Below are positions 57,910-64,000 of a stretch of 64,000 nt of DNA, piece after piece (positions within the stretch are counted from its first letter, which is position 1; each line of letters starts with the position of its first letter). The notes beneath the pieces were generated by a model. The model was given only the letters and a program-made list of their open reading frames with translations. It was not told where the DNA came from and ran no database searches. This DNA is from a bacterium (GTDB lineage Bacteria; Desulfobacterota; DSWW01), in the NCBI GenBank assembly GCA_040756235.1, contig JBFLZG010000134.1, positions 1 to 64,000 of the forward strand. The letters are read 5' to 3'. The translations under genes were made by a program, and so were the position numbers.

Positions 57910-59539
57910 TGCTTTCGTGAAGCGCGCGTTGTTCTGGGGGGCCGCCTCTTCCGCGGTGCGGGTTGCCGGCGTTCTCGGGAAGCTGGATATTCCCCTGACG
58001 GCCGTCACGGCGGACCGGGCAGGAGCCGGAGACGGGGCCGGAGCCGCGGCGGATGGAGCCGGCGCTGCCGGGGCGCCCGCCGTGACCTGGGTTGCGGGGG
58101 CCAGGGTCCGGCGCGTCGACGGGCACGTCGGGCGTTTCCAGGTGCACGTCGAGGACGAGGCAGGCGCCGGACGGGAGCTGGAAGCGGGGTGGATCCTGGT
58201 CGAGGGGGCTGCGCCTGCGGCGCGGTCGCCGCATGCGGATGGCGACCCGCCGGCAGGCTTGTCGGCCGCGCATCTCCTCCAATTGCAGGGCCTCGAGGAG
58301 CTCGCCGGGGCCGGGGCGGCCGCAGCCGCGCAGATGCCGGCGAGCATCGCCCTCTGGCTGGACCCCGGGGAGGGATGGCCGGACCGCACCCTCGCGGCGC
58401 GCGCCTTCCGTGCGGCCCTTGCTCTCGCCGAAAGGGAGGGAGGGCCGGCTCTCTACGTGCTCCACCGGCATGTTCCCCTGCCGAGACTCGAGGGGCAGGA
58501 GATCTACGATCGTTTGCGCAATGCGGGCGTGCGATTCTTCCGCCTGGGCCCGGTACCGCCGTCATTCCGACCGGCGGCCGGGGACCGGGTCGAGCTCGAG
58601 GTCCCGGACGCTGCCACCCTCGGGCTTGCGGCTCGACTCACGGTGGATCGCGTCGTGCCGATCGGACAACCCGTGCCGCCGGCGGAAGCGGCTGCAATCG
58701 CCAGACGACTCGGCGAGCCGCTGGATGCGGAAGGATTCCTTCAGAAGGACAACCCGCACCTGTACCCGTGGCGGGCGTTCCGCGCGGGCGTTTACTACGT
58801 GGGGGGGGGCCGCGGGGAGCTCGACGAGGACGAGCTCGAGGAAGAGATCCCGGGCATCCTCGCCGAAGTCGCGGCGCCGGCCCGATCCGGTGCGCCCGAG
58901 CCGCCGGGAGGCGTGAGCGTGGACAAGGGGCGGTGCGTCTCCTGCTTGACCTGCTACCGGCTCTGCCCGCATCACGCCCTCGACATCGGCCAGGGACCGG
59001 TTCCGGTCCCGGTCCACGCAGCCTGTTTCCGGTGCGGGCTCTGCGCGGCCCTGTGCCCCGGCCGCGCCATCGAGCTGGCGCCGATCCCTCTGGGAGGCGC
59101 TCTGCCTCCCGGAGCGAACGCCCTGTTCGCGCGCGAGGGAGGCTCATCGGTTCTTCGGGAGCTGCCTGCGAAAGAGGTTTCGGGCACGGTTGTTTTCGCT
59201 TGTTACCGCTCGGGAGGAGCGGCTCTCGAAGCGGCTGCGGGCGCGGGCCTGGGCCCTGCGGGAGCTTGCACGGTCGTTTCCGTTCCCTGCGCCTGCGCCC
59301 TGAGCGAGGAAGTGCTCCTGGACGCGCTGCTCAAAGGAGCGGAAAAGATCATGGTAGTCGGTTGCCACCAGGACAACTGCCTTTCCCAGAAGGGCACGGC
59401 AGCAGGAAAGAGCAGGCTCGCGAGGGTTGCCGAGTACCTCGCTGCCGCAGGGCGGGACGCCTCCAGCTGCTTGCGGTTCGCCTCGATCGCCTCGAACGAA
59501 GCCCACCGGTTGATGCGCTTGCTCCAGTCCTGGGCCTGA
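57899..59539 (+). CDS. Degenerate HdrA-like + ferredoxin + MvhD fusion (QmoB-like layout)
   Basis: LDAEGFL, CVSCLTCYRLCP, CFRCGLCAALCP, FAC..VPC..GCHQDNC. Confidence 0.75.
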   Translation: MSGDAFVKRALFWGAASSAVRVAGVLGKLDIPLTAVTADRAGAGDGAGAAADGAGAAGAPAVTWVAGARVRRVDGHVGRFQVHVEDEAGAGRELEAGWILVEGAAPAARSPHADGDPPAGLSAAHLLQLQGLEELAGAGAAAAAQMPASIALWLDPGEGWPDRTLAARAFRAALALAEREGGPALYVLHRHVPLPRLEGQEIYDRLRNAGVRFFRLGPVPPSFRPAAGDRVELEVPDAATLGLAARLTVDRVVPIGQPVPPAEAAAIARRLGEPLDAEGFLQKDNPHLYPWRAFRAGVYYVGGGRGELDEDELEEEIPGILAEVAAPARSGAPEPPGGVSVDKGRCVSCLTCYRLCPHHALDIGQGPVPVPVHAACFRCGLCAALCPGRAIELAPIPLGGALPPGANALFAREGGSSVLRELPAKEVSGTVVFACYRSGGAALEAAAGAGLGPAGACTVVSVPCACALSEEVLLDALLKGAEKIMVVGCHQDNCLSQKGTAAGKSRLARVAEYLAAAGRDASSCLRFASIASNEAHRLMRLLQSWA

Positions 59540-59604
59540 GGCTCGAAAACGGCTGCGGCCTGTCGGCCGGAAACGCCTGGACGTTGCCTGAAGTGGAGAA
59601 TCCG

Positions 59605-60837
59605 ATGACGTGTCCGTCCCTTCCCCTGAATCCGGATTCCGGGATGCTGGAAATTCTGTCCGAGGAGGCCCACGGCGGCAAGCTGGCCCTGTGCCACACC
59701 TGCGGGGCCTGCCTGTCCCGCTGCCATCTCCGGGATGTCGTGCCCGAAGCCAACCCCAGAAGGTTTGTCCGCATGGTCGCCAACGGCTGGGAGGAAGCCG
59801 CGCTCGAGAGCCGCTTCCTCTGGACGTGCACGCTCTGCAATCGGTGCACCTTCGACTGTCCCATGGGCCTGCGCATGGATGAGGTCGTGCGCGCCGCGCG
59901 CGGGGTTCAAGCCAGGCGCGGCCAGACGCCCCCGGTCCTGCAGGAAGGCATTCAGTCCGCTCTGGAGACCGGCAACGTCTCCATGATCCCGAAGGAAGAG
60001 TTCGTGGAGACCGCCGAATGGCTCGAGGAAGAGTTGCAGGGCGAGCTGGAAGACGAGGCGTTCCGGTTTCCCCTCGACGTCAAGGGGGCCAAGTACGTCT
60101 ACCTGCCCAACCCCCGGGAGATCAACATCGTGCCCATGCACCTCATGCAGAACGCCCTTCTCCTGAACGAGCTGGGGGAAACCTGGACGTTAGGCAGCGA
60201 GATCTCGGACGTGACCAACTGGGGCTACTTCGCCGGGGATCGGGACGCCACCAGGAGGATCGCGCTTCGGGTCGCGGAAGCAGTCGAGACCCTGGAGGCG
60301 GAAAACCTCGTGCTCACCGAGTGCGGCCACGCCTTCTGGGTGTACGCCCGGAATCTGGAGCACTGGATCGGCAGGAAACCCCGGTTCCGGGTCCTTTCCA
60401 TGATCGAGCTGATCGATCAGGGGATCCGGGAGGGACGGTTGCGTCTGGACCCGGAGAAAAACCCGCAGCTCACCACCTATCACGATCCGTGCAACCTCGG
60501 CCGCAAGGGGGGCCTGCTGGAGGAGCCCCGGCGGGTGCTCAAGGCCGCGGTCAAGGAATTCGTGGAGATGCGGCCCTGCGGCATGGAAGGCTGGTGCTGC
60601 GGCGGCGGGGGCGGCGTCGACCGGGTGCCCGAATCCACCGACACGCGCCTGCAAACGGGAAAATACAAGATGGATCAGATCGCGAAGACCGGCGCCCGCG
60701 TGGTGGCGACCGGGTGCCTGAGCTGCCAGAGCACCCTGAACGATCTGAAGAAGCACTACAAGGTGAACGTGGAAATCCTCACCGTGACCGAGCTGGCCTC
60801 GCGGGCCCTGGTCCGGAAGGCCGACGGCGCCGCGTGA
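59605..60837 (+). CDS. HdrD-like Fe-S/CCG protein (HmcF/TmcB-like)
   Basis: CHTCGAC, CTLCNRCTFDCP, ECGH, YHDPCN, CCGGGGG. Confidence 0.82.
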   Translation: MTCPSLPLNPDSGMLEILSEEAHGGKLALCHTCGACLSRCHLRDVVPEANPRRFVRMVANGWEEAALESRFLWTCTLCNRCTFDCPMGLRMDEVVRAARGVQARRGQTPPVLQEGIQSALETGNVSMIPKEEFVETAEWLEEELQGELEDEAFRFPLDVKGAKYVYLPNPREINIVPMHLMQNALLLNELGETWTLGSEISDVTNWGYFAGDRDATRRIALRVAEAVETLEAENLVLTECGHAFWVYARNLEHWIGRKPRFRVLSMIELIDQGIREGRLRLDPEKNPQLTTYHDPCNLGRKGGLLEEPRRVLKAAVKEFVEMRPCGMEGWCCGGGGGVDRVPESTDTRLQTGKYKMDQIAKTGARVVATGCLSCQSTLNDLKKHYKVNVEILTVTELASRALVRKADGAA

Positions 60838-60858
60838 GAGCCGCAGGGGAGAAAGTGG

Positions 60859-61587
60859 ATGTATGAGCTCGCCCGCGGACCCCTGGTCTGGGTGGCCTTC
60901 CTGGGCTTTCTCGCAGGCATCCTCTATCGGCTCGCCAGGGCGGTCGGAAGGCCTCGCCGAAAGAGCGGGGCGGGATCCGGGTCTGGGGACGCGGAGGCGA
61001 GGCAGGGTCTTCTTCGGTCCGCCCTGAGGCGCGCCGTGTCCGGCTGCAGAGGCTGGGCCGAGGCGAATCCGGCCTCGACCCTGCTCTCGAGCGTGTTCTA
61101 TCTGTGCCTGTTCGTGACGCCCCTGTTTGCGGCGGGGCACGTCCTGTCCTGGACCGAGTCCTGGGGCGTGAGCTGGTGGAGCCTGCCGCAGCGCTGGAGC
61201 AACGTCATGAGCCTGGCCGTCGCCGGGATCGGGCTCCTGCTCTTCCTCGCCAGGATCCTGGATCCGGCGGCGAGGCGCATCACGTCCGCCGCAGACCATC
61301 TCGTTCCGGCTTTTCTGGTCGCTCCCTTCGTCACCGGTCTGCTGGCGTACTACCAGGTATTCGAATACCGGACCACCCTCACGATCCATATCGTGACCGG
61401 CGCGTTGTGGCTGGTGGTCATCCCCTTTTGGGCGGGGCTCGCCGGCAGGATCTCTTTGCCCTTCGAGATGCTGTCGAAGAACGAATCCCTCTCCCCCGTG
61501 CACGGGGGAGAGGGCCAGGGTGAGGGGGAACAGGAGCAGATTCACCCCTCATCCGGACCTTCTCCCCTCGGTGAGGGGAGAAGGTGA
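60859..61587 (+). CDS. HmcE/TmcC-like membrane subunit; 3' end overlapped by REP
   Basis: MYELARGPLVW start, several TMs, position before hmcA. Confidence 0.7.
   Translation: MYELARGPLVWVAFLGFLAGILYRLARAVGRPRRKSGAGSGSGDAEARQGLLRSALRRAVSGCRGWAEANPASTLLSSVFYLCLFVTPLFAAGHVLSWTESWGVSWWSLPQRWSNVMSLAVAGIGLLLFLARILDPAARRITSAADHLVPAFLVAPFVTGLLAYYQVFEYRTTLTIHIVTGALWLVVIPFWAGLAGRISLPFEMLSKNESLSPVHGGEGQGEGEQEQIHPSSGPSPLGEGRR
61487..61584. repeat. REP-like paired hairpins
   Basis: Same family as 8281 and 53611. Confidence 0.7.
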
Positions 61588-61636
61588 GAGAATTCGACAG
61601 CCGTCATGTACTAAGGAGCCGCACGGAGTGTCGTTC

Positions 61637-63172
61637 ATGAGAAGCAGCGCAGCAGGCCTCGGGGCGGTCATCCTGGCCGCGGCCGCCGCACTCTTCCTGC
61701 TGCCTTTGATCGGGATCACCGGGCAGGGCGATTCCGGCCCTGGCGCCGGGGCAAGGCCCGATGGGGTGCGCCTCGGGACCCTCGAGGTCTTCGGAGATCT
61801 GGAGCGGCCGGCGGTCGCCTTTCCGCACGATCTGCACACCGAAGCGCTCGAAGGCGAGGAGGCGGCCTGCGTCACCTGCCACCCCATGGAGAAGAACCGG
61901 CTGGTCTATTCGAGCTTCCGTCTGCCGGAGGCGGGCGACCGGCAGGCGGTCACCAGGGCCTACCACGATGCCTGCATCGGCTGCCATGAGAAGAAGACCG
62001 ACGCCGGTCTGAAGAGCGGGCCCGAAACCTGCGGCGAGTGCCACTCGCGCAAGCCCCGTTTCCTCTCTTCGTGGCGCCCCCTGCTGTTCGATCAGACGCT
62101 CCATCACGAGCACACCGAAGTCCTGGAAGGAGGGTGCGGCACGTGCCATCACCTCTATGACGAAGAGGAAGAGGCCCTCACCTACGCAAAAGGGGAGGAG
62201 AGCGCCTGCCGCGAGTGCCACGCTTCGAAGGGCCGGGAGGACCGGGGCTCGGTGCGCTCCGTCTCTCACCAGACCTGCATCGGATGCCACCAGGACTACG
62301 GAGTCTCGCCGACCGACTGCACGGGGTGCCACGGCGCCGGCGAACAGGGGCCGGCGAGCCGGCCGGGGGGGATGCCCAGGCTCGAGCGGGGGCAGCCGGA
62401 TTCCGTTCTGCTCTCGGCTTCCCTGAAAGATCCGGCGGCCGGCGAGATGAATGCGGTGCTCTTCGATCACAAGGCGCACGAGCAGGCGACGGCGACCTGC
62501 AGCGACTGCCACCATGAGACCCTGAAGGGCTGCCGCGCGTGTCACGAGATCAGAGGCAGCGAGCAGGCCGGCCGCGCTCCCGCGCTGGAGAGGGCCATGC
62601 ACGACGCGACCTCCCGCCACAGCTGCGTCGGCTGCCACGAGGAAAGGAAATCGCACCAGGGGTGTGCCGGCTGCCACGCGTTCATGCAGAAGGGGGTGCT
62701 ACCGGAGACGGCCTGCGACGGGTGCCACAACGGACCTCCCCCGGGCCTCGAGCCCGAGACGGCCGCATCGGCCCCGGCGGCCCGCCGCGACCGGGAGCGG
62801 CAAGCCTTCAGCCCGGAGGACGTTCCCGAAGAGGTCCTGATCTCCGGTCTCTCGAGCCGGTACGAGCCGGCCCTTTTCCCGCACCGGGAGGTGATCGCAG
62901 CGCTCGAAGACTCCGTCAAGGACAGCCGGCTCGCCTCGCGTTTTCACGCAACGACCGAGAGCATCTGTCAGGGCTGCCATCACCGCGGACCCGCGGGCGG
63001 CGGCATCCCGCGCTGCGCGAGCTGTCACGGGAAGACCCCGAACGGACGGCTCGACCCTTCCGTGCCGGGCCTCCTGGGGGCCTATCACCGCCAGTGCATC
63101 GGGTGCCATGAGCAGATGCAGCAGGAGAACGCTTCGGACTGCACGAGCTGTCACGAGCTGAAGAGAGAGTGA
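61637..63172 (+). CDS. hmcA: High-molecular-weight cytochrome c, 16 haems
   Basis: Signal/anchor; 16 CxxCH motifs counted; class III c3-type repeats. Confidence 0.9.
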   Translation: MRSSAAGLGAVILAAAAALFLLPLIGITGQGDSGPGAGARPDGVRLGTLEVFGDLERPAVAFPHDLHTEALEGEEAACVTCHPMEKNRLVYSSFRLPEAGDRQAVTRAYHDACIGCHEKKTDAGLKSGPETCGECHSRKPRFLSSWRPLLFDQTLHHEHTEVLEGGCGTCHHLYDEEEEALTYAKGEESACRECHASKGREDRGSVRSVSHQTCIGCHQDYGVSPTDCTGCHGAGEQGPASRPGGMPRLERGQPDSVLLSASLKDPAAGEMNAVLFDHKAHEQATATCSDCHHETLKGCRACHEIRGSEQAGRAPALERAMHDATSRHSCVGCHEERKSHQGCAGCHAFMQKGVLPETACDGCHNGPPPGLEPETAASAPAARRDRERQAFSPEDVPEEVLISGLSSRYEPALFPHREVIAALEDSVKDSRLASRFHATTESICQGCHHRGPAGGGIPRCASCHGKTPNGRLDPSVPGLLGAYHRQCIGCHEQMQQENASDCTSCHELKRE

Positions 63173-63215
63173 GGGTCCGCCAAGCGGCCCGTGACCGAAC
63201 CGAGGAGGTTGCTCA

Positions 63216-64000
63216 GTGGGTGTATCTCGAAGGACATTCCTGCTGTGGATGGGAGCAGCGGGAGCGGGCGCCGGCTTCGCTGCGGCGAAATCGTCGGCGC
63301 ACGGGCAGCTCGAGAAGCGCCCGGACAGCCTCTCCATCCTGTTCGATGCGACGCTCTGCATCGGGTGCAGAGCCTGCGAGGAGGCGTGCAACCGGGTGAA
63401 CGGCCTTCCGCCGCCGGCCCGCCCGTTCACGGACCGCGCGGTGCTGGAAGTCAGACGGCGGCCCGATGCGCAGGCGCTCACCGTGGTCAACCAGTACCCG
63501 GTGAACGTTCCGGACAGGCAGGGCGAGGTACGGGCCCGAAGCGTGTTCCGGAAAATCCAGTGTCATCATTGCTGCGAGCCGGCCTGCGCCTCGGCCTGTT
63601 TCGTCCGGGCCATTACCAGAACGCCGGAAGGCGCGGTGATCTACGATCCCTCGGTTTGCGTGGGGTGCCGCTACTGCATGATCGCCTGCCCGTTCGGGAT
63701 CCCGGCCTACGAGTACCACGAGGTGCTCGAGCCGCGGATCGTGAAATGCAACCTCTGCTATCCGCTCATCCGGAAGGGCCTGCGGCCGGCGTGCGTCGAT
63801 ACCTGTCCCATGGAAGCCATGACCTTCGCCCGGCGCGCGCAAGCGATCCGCATCGCGCGGGAGCGGATCCGGAGGCATCCGGACCGTTACGTGGACCACG
63901 TCTTCGGCGAGCACGAGCTCGGGGGTACGAACCTGCTCTACCTGTCCGGGGTCCCGTTCCGCGACATCGGCTTGCCGGAAGACCTCTCGACCCGCCCGGC
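63216..64000 (+). CDS. hmcB: HmcB-like 4Fe-4S protein with Tat signal (runs off window; not in ORF track)
   Basis: GAGGAGG then GTG-GVSRRTFL; CIGCRACEEAC, CHHC.EPACASAC, CVGCRYCMIACP, CNLC. Confidence 0.85.
   Translation, partial: MGVSRRTFLLWMGAAGAGAGFAAAKSSAHGQLEKRPDSLSILFDATLCIGCRACEEACNRVNGLPPPARPFTDRAVLEVRRRPDAQALTVVNQYPVNVPDRQGEVRARSVFRKIQCHHCCEPACASACFVRAITRTPEGAVIYDPSVCVGCRYCMIACPFGIPAYEYHEVLEPRIVKCNLCYPLIRKGLRPACVDTCPMEAMTFARRAQAIRIARERIRRHPDRYVDHVFGEHELGGTNLLYLSGVPFRDIGLPEDLSTRP

Noticed and set aside
56809..59539. Calling these genes qmoA and qmoB
   Set aside because: No qmoC or aprAB nearby and the sequences are divergent; only the layout is similar

Overview
High-GC, gene-dense window from an anaerobic bacterium; the gene content points to Desulfobacterota/'Deltaproteobacteria' (inference). 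No rRNA, tRNA, CRISPR array or intact transposase was seen. Main blocks: (1) DUF1302 outer-membrane protein and meaB; (2) a minus-strand run: corrinoid protein, hdrC-hdrB-orf-hdrA (fused to a GltD-like NAD(P)H module)-mvhD (in-frame TGA, probable selenocysteine)-metV-metF, then asnA and pntAB-pntB with no pntAA; (3) PBP-like transglycosylase and an acyltransferase; (4) a sigma54 two-component pair divergent from a USP / CMK-like / TauE / receiver / PEP-synthase-like operon; (5) a large, partly decayed Orange-protein (orp)-like Fe-S/metal region with two Cys-PAS sigma54 activators, several NifB/NifX-family and DUF5320-like genes, ferredoxin-ATPases, Mrp, IscU-like and CoA-disulfide reductase-rhodanese genes, several under near-perfect sigma54 promoters that share a paired-enhancer layout; (6) HdrA-like and HdrA/MvhD-like genes leading directly into an Hmc-type complex (16-haem HmcA). 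Also seen: a structured leader RNA with a terminator before cooT, MITE-like and REP-like repeats, and several gene remnants. Product calls come from motif recognition by eye, not database searches; some start codons are my choice.
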